A stretch of DNA of 58,920 nucleotides, filler included. It is 8 parts of 8 records of this genome, joined end to end, with 100 filler letters (N's around TTAATTAATTAA, not from the genome) between each part and the next. Parts side by side here need not be neighbours in the genome. Positions count along the whole stretch, not along the records: positions 12,201 to 25,319 come from SRR31147125_35067; positions 25,420 to 31,479 come from SRR31147125_35081; 6 more parts are not named here. One strand, given 5' to 3'. The position numbers were made by a program, and so were the translations under genes. Positions 20,284 to 30,512 of this stretch are shown here, in pieces. The stretch's first letter is position 1. Each line of letters opens with the position of its first letter. Under the pieces are notes generated by a model. That model searched no databases. It saw only the letters and a list, made by a program, of their open reading frames with translations, and was not told the DNA's origin.

Positions 20284-20870
20284 CTGCTGGCAACCTGGTC
20301 CGACATAAGTGGCGTTATTCTAGCCGGCGGTCGAAGTCGCCGGATGGGTCAAGATAAAGCACAGCTGATCCTCTCCGGGAGCACGCTCTTTGAGAGGGTT
20401 CTTGAGACCATGTCCGCGGTTTTCCCGCAGGTGATCATCGCCGGAGAACGCCCGGACCTCGGGCACGAGAGGGTGCCTTTTGTTCCCGACATCTACCCGG
20501 GCAGTGCTCTTGGGGGGTTGCACACCGGGCTCAGTGCAATCACGACCGACTGGATGTGCGTTGTCCCCTGCGACCTCCCGTTTCCTGACACACGAATTCT
20601 CGAAACACTGATCTGTCACCGGGATGACGTTGACGCAGTCGTGCCGAAAACATCCGCCGGCTATGAGCCGGTCGTCGCCCTTTACCACAACGCTGCCTGT
20701 CGTCTATGGAATCCATGCTGCAGGGTGGTCAACACCGCATTCTCGATTTGTTCGACAAGATTGAGCTACGCACGCTCGATTCCGACCACTTTCCCCCCGG
20801 AAGTGAAAAAACGTTCCTGAACATCAACACCCCGGAAGACTTTGACCGGGCGCAAAGGATCGATCGATGA
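20284..20870 (+). CDS. mobA: Molybdenum cofactor guanylyltransferase (frameshift near 20689; no canonical start codon seen)
   Basis: Motifs ILAGGRSRRMGQDKA, ALGGLHTGL, VPCDLP and EPVVALY. The C-terminal FLNINTPEDF is in another frame. Start coordinate is approximate. Confidence 0.85.
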
Positions 20871-21350
20871 CAACGCCTGTCATTTCTTTTATCGCTCGTA
20901 GCGGAACCGGCAAAACAACCCTGCTGGGAAAGGTCATCCGCGAACTGAAGCAGCGAGGCTACCGGGTCGGTGCGATCAAACATGATGTACATCAGTTTGA
21001 GATTGATCATGAAGGGAAGGATTCCTGGCGTTTGATTCAGGCGGGGGCCGACCTGATGTTGATCTCATCTGGCGCTGGTGAAGCAGAACCAACACCAGCA
21101 GGAATCGCCTCTGGAAGAAATCATCAATAACTACTGTCGTGATATCGATATTCTACTGGCAGAGGGGTTCAAACGCAGCCCCCTGCCGAAAATTGAAGTT
21201 CATCGTCGCGACTGTGGCGGCCTTCTCAGCCGGAAGGAACTTCACGATTCAAACCTGATCGCAGTCGTGAGCGACTCAAGCCCTGACGTTGACGTTCCAG
21301 TTTTCGATATCAACAACCCATCTGCACTCTGTCAGTTCATCATCAACTGA
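20867..21350 (+). CDS. mobB: Molybdopterin-guanine dinucleotide biosynthesis protein B (frameshift near 21068, possibly a pseudogene)
   Basis: SGTGKTTLL, IKHDVH and GKDSWR in the first frame; DILLAEGFK..PKIEVHR in the second frame. Confidence 0.85.
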
Positions 21351-21411
21351 TATCTGTCCTTCTAGTTCCTCTATGACGATGAATCAGTCCATATTTATCT
21401 GAAACCGAGCA

Positions 21412-21443
21412 TTGACATCCGCTATATAGTGAACTATATAACC
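21412..21443 (+). promoter_or_regulatory. ModE box overlapping a sigma-70 promoter
   Basis: CGCTATATA-GTGAAC-TATATAACC (21420-21443) matches the ModE operator consensus. TTGACA (21412)-N17-TATATA (21435) overlaps it. Confidence 0.85.
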
Positions 21444-21478
21444 AGAAACGAGTGCCACTGAAAAGGAGCCTATACGTG

Positions 21479-22302
21479 ATGAATGATTCAACCATTGAGG
21501 TTCAGGCCCCCCTTCGGGTCAGAAGGATCAGCAGAAATATCTGGAAGAAAAACGCATCCAGCTCCTTGAACAGATTGATAAGCATGGCTCTCTGTCAACC
21601 GCGGCAAAAGCGGCGGGGTTGAGCTATAAGGGGGCCTGGGATGCTCTGAGCCTGATGAACTCCCTTGCCGAAACGCCTCTGACTCTGGCTGCAGCGGGTG
21701 GTCCCGGTGGCGGTGGAACAATCCTCACCGACGAGGGCCGTAAAGTTGTCAAGCTCTACCGGGCTTTTGAGCAGGAGCACCTCAGCAGCCTGATGCGTCT
21801 GGAAAAAACTCTGGGTGACATCGACCACTATCTGCCTCTGGTTCAGAATCTGTCACTTCGGCTCAGCACTAAAAATATTCGTGTCAGCACCAAGAACATC
21901 CTGCCCGGAACAATTACCGAAATTACCCGCGACGGAATCGTGGCCGAAGTCACTTTGGAATTAGTGACGGGGCTCAAACTCTATGCCGTCATCGGCGACG
22001 ACTGTATCGATGAGCTGGATCTGGCTTCTGGCTCCGAAGCTTGTGCCATGATCAAGGCCTCTTCGGTAATGATCTCTAAAACGCCGACCGCCCCGGACAT
22101 CAGCGCAAGAAACATCATCAAGGGGACGATTTCAGCCATCTCAGATCAAGCGGTCCTGGGCGAGATCGCTCTTGATGTGGGGGGCGGTGCAACGATCACA
22201 TCGACGATCACCCACAACAGTGTTCAACGGCTCGGTCTGTCCATAGGTGACAGTGTCTGGGCCGTTATCAAATCATCCAGCGTCATTATTGGTATCGAAT
22301 GA
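21479..22302 (+). CDS. modE: ModE molybdate/tungstate-responsive regulator (wHTH plus two TOBE domains; frameshift near 21523)
   Basis: RIQLLEQIDKHGSLSTAAKAAGLSYKGAWDAL, GGPGGGGT, SARN and IKASSV/IKSSSV. The SD AAGGAG and ATG 21479 are one base out of frame with the rest. Confidence 0.9.
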
Positions 22303-22332
22303 ATTTAAATCTGTAACTCAAGGAGAAAACTG

Positions 22333-23283
22333 ATGAATAACGTTGTATTCCTGCTACTGTTTCTCGTCCTGTCAACACCCAGCTACGCGAAAGAAAAGAT
22401 CGTTGTTTTCCACGCCGGGAGTCTGTCTGTCCCCTTTGCGGAAATCGAAAAAGCCTTTGAAGAAAAATACCCATCTTACGATGTGACACGGGAAGCGTCC
22501 GGCAGCCGGGCAGCAGCAAGAAAAATAACCGATATCAAAAAACCGGCCGACGTCATGGCCAGTGCTGATTATAAGGTCATCGACAACCTGATGATCCCCA
22601 ATGATGCCAGGTTCAATGCTCAGTTTGCCACCAACGAAATGGCCATAGCGTTCACCGAAAAAGCGAAATACGCCGATCGGATAACGGCGGAAAACTGGCC
22701 GGACATCTTTCTGATGGACGGTGTTAAAGTCGGACACTCCGACCCCAATATGGACCCCTGCGGTTACCGCTCCATGCTGGTCACCAAGTTGGCTGAAGAC
22801 TATTACCAAAAACCCGGACTGTTCAACCAGTTGTTTGGCTACGGTGACTCCTATCAAAATGGTGAAGAGAACAAAGCCAAAGTCATTGTCCGCCCGAAGG
22901 AAACCGACCTGTTGGGGCTGATTGAAGCGGGAATGTATGACTATCTGTACATTTACAAATCAGTGGCCGAACAACATCACCTGAAGTACCTGACCCTACC
23001 GGAAGAGGTCTCCCTGAAGAGCGCTGAACTCTCTGATCAATACAAAAAAGCAATCTTTAAGATCAATGGCAAGAAACCGGGTGAGTGGATCACCAAAAAA
23101 GGCGCTCCCATGGTCTACGGCATCACCGTGGCTGAGAATAACAGCTGTCCGGTTAATAAAAAAGGGGCCGTACTTTTCGTTAATTTTGTCCTCTCGCAAC
23201 AGGGACAGGCAATCATGAAGAAAAACGGTCAGGGAGTTATTGCGCCGGCCGTCATAACCGGTGATCCATCCATTATCAAATAA
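22333..23283 (+). CDS. wtpA: Tungstate/molybdate ABC transporter substrate-binding protein, WtpA type
   Basis: Signal peptide, FHAGSL, EASGSR, ASADY, DPNMDPCGYR, RPKETDL and YDYLYIYKSVA. Confidence 0.88.
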   Translation: MNNVVFLLLFLVLSTPSYAKEKIVVFHAGSLSVPFAEIEKAFEEKYPSYDVTREASGSRAAARKITDIKKPADVMASADYKVIDNLMIPNDARFNAQFATNEMAIAFTEKAKYADRITAENWPDIFLMDGVKVGHSDPNMDPCGYRSMLVTKLAEDYYQKPGLFNQLFGYGDSYQNGEENKAKVIVRPKETDLLGLIEAGMYDYLYIYKSVAEQHHLKYLTLPEEVSLKSAELSDQYKKAIFKINGKKPGEWITKKGAPMVYGITVAENNSCPVNKKGAVLFVNFVLSQQGQAIMKKNGQGVIAPAVITGDPSIIK

Positions 23284-24290
23284 TGTTGTCTCTTCGTAAC
23301 ATCAGTTTGCAAAAGGGCACTTTCACATTGGATCACGTTTCCTTTGATGTGAAGGAGCACGAGTATTTCGTCATCCTCGGCAGGACCGGCAGTGGCAAAA
23401 CCCTTTTACTGGAAACCATTGCCGGTCTTCACAAGCACGCAGGAACGGTCTTTTATCGGCAACGTAATCTCACGAACACCCCGCCGGAAAAACGCAGAGT
23501 GGGTTTCGTTTACCAAGACTTTGCCCTGTTTCCTCATCTGTCAGTGATCAAGAACATTCGTTTTTCCGAACGTTATCAGACGCAACCAAGCAAGGTCCAG
23601 TGGGATGAACTGATCGACTTCCTCGAGCTGGGACACCTTCTGCAGCGCGATATTCACTACTTAAGTGGTGGTGAAAAACAACGGGTTGCCCTGGCCAGAG
23701 CGATTCATTCGCGCCCCGATATCCTCCTGCTTGATGAACCGCTCAGTGCGATTGATCCAAGTTTCCGCAACACGATTATGGAAAGACTCAAAGAACTGAA
23801 GCAACGGTTTCAGATCACCGTCATTCATGTCACTCATAATTTCCGTGAAGCCACATACCTGGGCGATCATGTCGGCATCATGATGGACGGAAAACTGGTT
23901 CAGCAGGGGCCGGTCCAAGACGTGCTTCACCACCCGGCCAATCTGTCAATTGCTCGGTTTCTGGGATTCAGAAACATCCTGCACACCCAACATATTGAAC
24001 CTGAGAGGGGAGAGTGCTGTTTCACTGTGAACCCTGCGCTGATTCAAATCAGCAGCCACGCCCTGAAAAACGGGTACAATCTTCAGGGTGTCTGCCGTCA
24101 TTCCACTGAGGGATTGAATCACGTTGAGGTCATGGTCGAGGTCGAAGATTCCCCTGTTTGCGTGCATATTTCCAAACAGAATTATGATCCCGATCTCATC
24201 CGTAACGGCGTTGCTGTTCATCTGGGCTTTCCACGCTCTGCCGTCACCTTTTTTCAAACGTCGAAGGAACAGAATGAAAGCTCTATTTAA
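23283..24290 (+). CDS. wtpC: Tungstate/molybdate ABC transporter ATPase
   Basis: Motifs GRTGSGKT, QDFALFPH, LSGGEKQRVALARA, LLLDEP and VTH. Confidence 0.8.
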   Translation: MLSLRNISLQKGTFTLDHVSFDVKEHEYFVILGRTGSGKTLLLETIAGLHKHAGTVFYRQRNLTNTPPEKRRVGFVYQDFALFPHLSVIKNIRFSERYQTQPSKVQWDELIDFLELGHLLQRDIHYLSGGEKQRVALARAIHSRPDILLLDEPLSAIDPSFRNTIMERLKELKQRFQITVIHVTHNFREATYLGDHVGIMMDGKLVQQGPVQDVLHHPANLSIARFLGFRNILHTQHIEPERGECCFTVNPALIQISSHALKNGYNLQGVCRHSTEGLNHVEVMVEVEDSPVCVHISKQNYDPDLIRNGVAVHLGFPRSAVTFFQTSKEQNESSI

Positions 24291-25044
24291 TCTGACGTTT
24301 ATCTTTCTTGCAGCGCTGGTTCTGCTGTTTATTGTTATTCCCCTGATCAGCCTCTTCAGCGGCGTTGGCTGGGCTCGACTGAGAGACGCTTTCAGTGATC
24401 CAGACATCATGTTCTCCATCTGGTTGACCATGAAAGTTTCATTCTGCGGCACCTGTCTGATTCTTCTGACCGGATTACCGTTGGCCTATTTAATCGCCAG
24501 AAATAACTTCAGAGGCAAAGCAATCATCGAAAGCATCATCGACATCCCGGTCATGCTCCCCCACACCGCCGCCGGGATTGCCTTGTTGATGGCTTTTAAC
24601 CGGGGCCTGATGGAGAAATTTCTCACGGCTGTGGGAATTCAGATCATTGACACGGAAACCGGGATCATGATCGCCATGATGTTTCTTTCCTCTCCCTTTT
24701 TGATCAATGGAGCCAAAGAAGGTTTCAAAAATGTGGACCCGAAACTGGAAAATGTTGCGCGGACGTTAGGGGCCGGACATTTTTCCGTTTTTTTTCGGGT
24801 TGTCCTGCCGAATGCGAAAAAAGACATCATCAACGGCATGCTGATGATGTGGAGTCGAGGGTTGGGGGAATTCGGTGCCGTGGTCATCATCGCCTACCAT
24901 CCGATGGTGGCACCGGTAATGATTTACGACCGTTTCAACAGTTACGGGCTCAGATACTCGGCTCCAGTGGCGGCAGCCATAATTGCGGTCTCGTTAACAA
25001 CGTTCCTGATTGTCAGAGGACTGAACAACAGGACACTACGATAA
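24274..25044 (+). CDS. wtpB: Tungstate/molybdate ABC transporter permease
   Basis: DIPVMLPHTAAGIALL, EAA-like loop ENVARTLGA, and RGLGEFGAVVIIAYHP. Confidence 0.85.
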   Translation: MKALFNLTFIFLAALVLLFIVIPLISLFSGVGWARLRDAFSDPDIMFSIWLTMKVSFCGTCLILLTGLPLAYLIARNNFRGKAIIESIIDIPVMLPHTAAGIALLMAFNRGLMEKFLTAVGIQIIDTETGIMIAMMFLSSPFLINGAKEGFKNVDPKLENVARTLGAGHFSVFFRVVLPNAKKDIINGMLMMWSRGLGEFGAVVIIAYHPMVAPVMIYDRFNSYGLRYSAPVAAAIIAVSLTTFLIVRGLNNRTLR

Positions 25045-25055
25045 ACGTTCCACGC

Positions 25056-25319
25056 TCATTGTTCCTCTTCTGACCTGACAGCCCGACTCAACAAGGGACG
25101 ACCCTGTTCCAAGCGAACGATGTTGTCACAAACCCCCTTGGCAATTCCAGCGATGGCGACATCGGTGCAGCCGGCGCAGTGAGGGGTTGCCATGACATTA
25201 TAAGCAAAGACCGGGTCATCCGGGTCAGGCGGTTCCTCCCAGAAGACATCGAGCCCGGCACCGGCGATCATCCCCGCTTCCAAAGCCTCTGCCAGAGCCG
25301 CACGATTGATCAGCCCGCC
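25056..25319 (-). CDS. D-isomer-specific 2-hydroxyacid dehydrogenase, C-terminal fragment
   Basis: GAGLDVFWEEP and TPHCAG. Truncated by the contig end. Confidence 0.85.
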   Translation of the reverse strand, partial: GGLINRAALAEALEAGMIAGAGLDVFWEEPPDPDDPVFAYNVMATPHCAGCTDVAIAGIAKGVCDNIVRLEQGRPLLSRAVRSEEEQ

Positions 25320-25420
25320 NNNNNNNNNNNNNNNNNNNNNNNNNNNNNNNNNNNNNNNNNNNNTTAATTAATTAANNNNNNNNNNNNNNNNNNNNNNNNN
25401 NNNNNNNNNNNNNNNNNNNG

Positions 25421-26470
25421 ACCCTGCCCCTCGAGGTTCTCGAACAGACCGCCGAAGATATAATCAACTTCCAGGGCAGCGGTATCGGGTTGATGGAGAT
25501 AAGTCATCGTTCTCCGGAATTCCAGGGTATTGCCGATGAATCCGAATTCCTGCTGCGCGAACTGCTGCAGATTCCCGATAATTACCGGGTGCTGTTTCTG
25601 CAGGGCGGCGCGTCGTCCCAGTTTTTCATGATTCCGATGAACCTGCTGGCCGACAACAGGAAAGCGACGTATCTCAATACCGGAACCTGGGCCAAGAAGG
25701 CCATCAAGGAAGCGCAGCTTTTCGGAGACATCGATGTCGCCTATTCCAGCGAAGAGCAGAGCTTCAACCGTGTTCCGTCCGATGGTGAATACTCGGTGAG
25801 TGATGATAGTGAGTATCTCTATTTCGTGTCCAACAACACCATCTACGGGACGCAGTTCGCAACGTTTCCGGAGACAGATAAAACGCTCATCTGCGACATG
25901 TCCTCAGATATCCTGTCGCGACCGATCGATGTGTCGAGGTTCGGCCTTATTTTCGCCGGAGCCCAGAAAAACCTCGGTCCCGCCGGAGTGACGATCGTTA
26001 TCGTTAGAGACGATCTGGTTGAGCGTGCCCCGGAGACAATCCCGACCATGCTCAGGTACAAGACTCATGCTGATAAAGGATCAATGTTCAATACCCCGCC
26101 TTGCGTTGCGATATCGGTGGTCTGCAGGGTCCTGCAATGGGTCAAGAAAATGGGCGGACTGGAGGCGATCCGGAAGCGCAATGAAGAAAAAGCGGCGGTG
26201 ATCTACAGGGTAATTGATTCGGGCGATTATTATCGTGGTCATGCCGAAAAGGATTCACGTTCGCAGATGAACATATCGTTCAACCTGCCCACTCCGGAGC
26301 TGGAGAAGAAGTTCATAGAAGAGGCCGCAGCAGTTGGCCTCAAGGGGCTCAAGGGTCATCGCTCGATCGGGGGATGCCGGGCGTCCATCTACAACGCGTT
26401 CGAACTTTCCGGCGCAAAACAGCTCGCCTCGTTCATGGAGCAATTCGCAGCGGACAACCCCGCCTCCTAA
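25421..26470 (+). CDS. serC: Phosphoserine aminotransferase (5' partial)
   Basis: Motifs MEISHRS, LQGGAS, NNTIYG, DMSS, GAQKNLGPAG, NTPP and GHRSIGGCRASIYNA. Confidence 0.97.
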   Translation, partial: TLPLEVLEQTAEDIINFQGSGIGLMEISHRSPEFQGIADESEFLLRELLQIPDNYRVLFLQGGASSQFFMIPMNLLADNRKATYLNTGTWAKKAIKEAQLFGDIDVAYSSEEQSFNRVPSDGEYSVSDDSEYLYFVSNNTIYGTQFATFPETDKTLICDMSSDILSRPIDVSRFGLIFAGAQKNLGPAGVTIVIVRDDLVERAPETIPTMLRYKTHADKGSMFNTPPCVAISVVCRVLQWVKKMGGLEAIRKRNEEKAAVIYRVIDSGDYYRGHAEKDSRSQMNISFNLPTPELEKKFIEEAAAVGLKGLKGHRSIGGCRASIYNAFELSGAKQLASFMEQFAADNPAS

Positions 26471-26635
26471 ACGGTTCCTGGTATTCGAAGATACAATGAT
26501 CGATTCGGCTTCCAACCGAGGCTGATTCGATCATTGTCCTGAAATATTTTAGGATGTCCCTGCATTACAAGCTCGCCCTGAACAGGCGTGTGGAGACCGA
26601 AGCCCCGGGCGAAAAACACCGGACCGTTAATAGCT

Positions 26636-27682
26636 ATGAAGATAGACTGCAAAGACCTTGACCAAAAAGGACTTGAATCATTTGCCGAATCACTGGATCA
26701 GCCTTCGTTTCGAGGGAGGCAGATCATGTCGTGGCTCTATCGGCCGGATATTTCTGACTTTTCCCAGATGACGGATCTGGCGAAATCATTCAGGGCTCTG
26801 CTCCCGGACCATGCATACATCTCACGTTTCACCAACCCGCACACGGAGATCAGCGAGGACGGCAGCGTCAAATTCGCGTTTACACTAGCTGACGGCCAGA
26901 TTATCGAGTCGGTGAACATTCCCGAAACGGACCGTAATACCCTCTGTATTTCGTCTCAGGTCGGCTGTGCGATGGGCTGCCGGTTCTGTCAGACGGCAAC
27001 CATAGGGTTCAAGCGCAACCTGAGTCCGTCCGAAATGGTCAACCAGGTGTGTGCCGTGCGCGATTACCTGGTGGCTGCGGGTGATCCCGGCGAGTACCCG
27101 ATCTCGAACCTTGTGTTCATGGGGATGGGCGAACCTCTCAACAATATCGACAATCTGCTCACCGCTATCTCGATTCTCACCGATCAGAAAGGGCTCGATA
27201 TGGCCAGCAGGAGAATCACCATATCGACCTGCGGGATCGTCCCCCATATGCGTACCCTCGGTGAAGAAACCAGCGTCAACCTGGCCATCTCCCTGCACGC
27301 GGTCGACAATGAAACAAGAGACCGGTTGATGCCGGTTAACAAGCGCTACCCGCTTGACATGCTGATGCAGGCATGCCGGGATTATCCGATTCAGAAAAGA
27401 AAACGGATCATGATCGAGTATGTGATGCTCGACGGTGTCAACGATTCGGATGCGGAAGCACACCGGCTCGCCTCGATGCTGCAGACCATTCCCTGCAAAA
27501 TCAACCTGCTCGCCTACAACGAGTGTGATGGCTCCGGCTATCGCTCCTCACCTCGGAACCGCATACTCGCGTTCCAGGAAATCCTCAGGAAAGCCCACTA
27601 CTCCGTATTCATCAGGAGCAGCAGAGGCAGTGACATCGCCGCCGCCTGCGGCCAGCTTGCCGGTAAGCTCGGCGGCTCGTGA
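26636..27682 (+). CDS. rlmN: 23S rRNA m2A2503 / tRNA radical SAM methyltransferase
   Basis: Motifs CISSQVGCAMGCRFC, MGMGEPL, SLHA, EYVML and DIAAACGQL. Confidence 0.96.
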   Translation: MKIDCKDLDQKGLESFAESLDQPSFRGRQIMSWLYRPDISDFSQMTDLAKSFRALLPDHAYISRFTNPHTEISEDGSVKFAFTLADGQIIESVNIPETDRNTLCISSQVGCAMGCRFCQTATIGFKRNLSPSEMVNQVCAVRDYLVAAGDPGEYPISNLVFMGMGEPLNNIDNLLTAISILTDQKGLDMASRRITISTCGIVPHMRTLGEETSVNLAISLHAVDNETRDRLMPVNKRYPLDMLMQACRDYPIQKRKRIMIEYVMLDGVNDSDAEAHRLASMLQTIPCKINLLAYNECDGSGYRSSPRNRILAFQEILRKAHYSVFIRSSRGSDIAAACGQLAGKLGGS

Positions 27683-28212
27683 TCTGACGGTACATACACG
27701 TTCCGGTTAGTCAGCCGCGCTGAGGTCGGTATCCGGACACGCAGCGTGCGTGGAACTACTTCGCCAGTTACGAATCTGTCAGGTGAAAAGCAAATACTAC
27801 AGCTATTGATAGCTTCTTTCCATGTTGTAATTCCTTTTTTTTAACTGCACCTGAAAGTAACACCTCTGCTCTGCCCCTGTTCCCCCCTGGCAAGGTCAGA
27901 AATAATTATCCTGCTCAACAGAGGCTGAAAATGGAGTGTCTTTTCAGGAGCCCCTCCTAATCTTGACAGAAGAAACTGAACAGGTGAACAGATTTTCTGA
28001 GAGCCAGGAATGTAGAAACAGGAATAATCAACAATTTCCATATAACGGTTTAACCGTTCTCTAACCAAATTCTATCCATTTTTGCTGTCAAAAAATACCC
28101 CTTCTATTTGACAGCAAACCCAACGCTCTTACTGTAGTAATCCATATACCACTACGTGGTGTTTGTCTATTTCTCAATGTTACTGGAAACATCAAAATCT
28201 GGGAGGAAAGCT

Positions 28213-28575
28213 ATGAGGGTTCCAACTCTTCTGATCTTACTGTCATTGGTGGTTGTACCTGTCCATGTTATTGCTGGTGAAAAATTAACAGGGGAAGAAA
28301 TCCAATCTACCTTTGAGGGGAACACCTATCACTGGAAACATGCGACAAGAGATGATTTTGGAAAAAATTTTCTCGACTCAAATGGTAAAACTATGGGCAC
28401 TAAAAATGGTGAACCGAGGAAAGGAGGTTGGTCTATCAAGGGAGACCAGATGTGTTTCAAGGGTAAAAAAACATTGTGCCGTGATGTCCAGAAAGATGGT
28501 GATTTGTACTATTTACTTAATGGAAATAAACGTGTGGTAGAGATAACAAAGATCGAGTCGGGCAACACGATTTAG
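28213..28575 (+). CDS. Small secreted hypothetical protein
   Basis: SD GGAGG, signal peptide, LTGEEIQSTFEGNT and GGWSIKGDQMC...C. Confidence 0.7.
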   Translation: MRVPTLLILLSLVVVPVHVIAGEKLTGEEIQSTFEGNTYHWKHATRDDFGKNFLDSNGKTMGTKNGEPRKGGWSIKGDQMCFKGKKTLCRDVQKDGDLYYLLNGNKRVVEITKIESGNTI

Positions 28576-28895
28576 ATTCAGCTAAATTCAGCTTCAATAA
28601 GAGGGGTTGGCGTATTGTTACGACTGCCCCTCTCGTGCTTCTTCACCTCCGCTAAATATAAATATCTCTTAGTTTAGATTTTTCCCGTATGTCTTGATAG
28701 GGCGGCAATCGATTTCGGCCTTCAGTGTGGTTGGGCAGTGCGAAGGATAGTGCGGGAGTAGCCCAAGGTTTTCAGTATGAAATCCAAGGAGCTTTCCAGA
28801 TGTAGTCTTTAATTGGTATACAAATCAAATGGAATTCCATGCCATTACAGGGTTTATCACTAATTGGCATGTTTTCGATTGCCCTCCCTGAAGCC

Positions 28896-30512
28896 TTACG
28901 CTGTTCCAACAATAAACAGCAGGTTGATGCAGCCGAGTAGAAATCCCAGGAGCGCGCCGAACAGATTGATATATTTGAACTGTTCCTGCATGATCGACAG
29001 GAGCAGCTGTTCAAGTCTGAGCAGGTCGAACGAGTCGATACGCTTGGTGATGATGTTTTTGATATCGAGTGAGGAGACGATTACTCCCATCTCCTCCGAC
29101 ATAGTCTGGGTCGTTTTCCAGGTGAGGCTCCGGGCCAGTCCTTCGATTACCGAACCCGGAACGAGGTAGGAAAGCTTGCCTATCGGACGGTTGACCAGGA
29201 AATGGCACAGGGTTTCAACCCCGTTGTCGACAAGTGCAACAAACGATGGGGATTGGCACAGGGATACGAGTTCTCGCTTCACGGCGGCGCGCAACGCGTC
29301 GGTCGCACCATCTCCTCCATACCGATTCATAAGTCCAGCAACGGTTGTATCGCCTGAGTGCATCCCCTGCTCCACCGCATCACGGACTGCTGCCCCGATC
29401 CGATCACTCACCTGGGGCCCGCGCAGAATGGCTGCCAGTCCTTCCGCCACCTGCCCTGCCAGATCGTGGACCTGATTGGTCTCCGTTGTATTGAAAAGCT
29501 CTTTGAGCTGTTTTTTGAGCACGGTGTCGATTCGTTCCCCGATTCCTGCCCTGACCCGGTAGAGCATTTCCTCATCGGACAGAAAATCGTGGATATCGTT
29601 CTCTTTTTCCGAGAGATATCCCCTGATGGTTTTATCTACCAGATCCATGTCGAGGAACCCCTTAACCATCGTAGACATCGGCCCCATGCCGTCGACCATT
29701 TCCTCCACCCCGATTTTCATCGCTGAGATGATTTTTTCCCGGACGTATGGATCATTGAGGATGTCACCGGCCTTTTCCAGCAGAAAGGGGGCCTGATCGC
29801 GGGCGGTGTCGATGATCGCGACCTGGATCTGCTGTGGGAGGATATCGCACGGCCGCTTATCTGCGTGGAGGAGTTCGGACAGGGCTGCAGAAATTATCGG
29901 GGTAAGCGCCTTCGCTGTACCCTCTTTTCTGAGTTCTTCGGATATAGCATTTTCGAGCCGGTCAAAAATCTGATCAGAACGTTGCTGGGAGATGAGTGAG
30001 CTCAGTTCTTTTTCGAACAGGTTGTCGAGCCACTGGTCCGCGAGGCGCAGGATCGTCTGACTCCCGGTGTCCGAGCCGATACTCCGGTGGATCATTGCCT
30101 TGAGCCGATATATCCCGGTTTTTAATCCTATATCGAGATAATTACTGTATATATCTGGAATAATGTTTCTAATTGACCCAATATCGAGCTGACTGAGGCG
30201 CTTGAGACGCTGGTGAATCATCTCGAAGAGGTGACGCTGGAACGAATCGCTGAGAAGAGCCTTGTTGAGCTCCTCGCCGGTGAGGAGGTGTTCACCGACC
30301 ATGGTCCCGATGTTGTCGGAAAACTCATGCCTCTTTGAAGGGATGACGCCGGGCGTCATGGGGACTCTGACAGGGCCGATGGTCCACTTTTTCAGCGGCC
30401 TAAAGAGCATCCTGATCGCGATGCGATTTGTCAGATATCCGATAAAGGCACCGACCAGGGGCGGAGCAATATAGACTAGATACGGTGAAAACTCAGCGAT
30501 AGTTGGAAACAT
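28896..30512 (-). CDS. DUF445 family membrane-anchored protein
   Basis: N-terminal GAFIGYLTNRIAIRMLFRP...TPGVIP and C-terminal LEQLLLSIMQEQFKYINLFGALLGFLLG. Confidence 0.9.
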   Translation of the reverse strand: MFPTIAEFSPYLVYIAPPLVGAFIGYLTNRIAIRMLFRPLKKWTIGPVRVPMTPGVIPSKRHEFSDNIGTMVGEHLLTGEELNKALLSDSFQRHLFEMIHQRLKRLSQLDIGSIRNIIPDIYSNYLDIGLKTGIYRLKAMIHRSIGSDTGSQTILRLADQWLDNLFEKELSSLISQQRSDQIFDRLENAISEELRKEGTAKALTPIISAALSELLHADKRPCDILPQQIQVAIIDTARDQAPFLLEKAGDILNDPYVREKIISAMKIGVEEMVDGMGPMSTMVKGFLDMDLVDKTIRGYLSEKENDIHDFLSDEEMLYRVRAGIGERIDTVLKKQLKELFNTTETNQVHDLAGQVAEGLAAILRGPQVSDRIGAAVRDAVEQGMHSGDTTVAGLMNRYGGDGATDALRAAVKRELVSLCQSPSFVALVDNGVETLCHFLVNRPIGKLSYLVPGSVIEGLARSLTWKTTQTMSEEMGVIVSSLDIKNIITKRIDSFDLLRLEQLLLSIMQEQFKYINLFGALLGFLLGCINLLFIVGTA

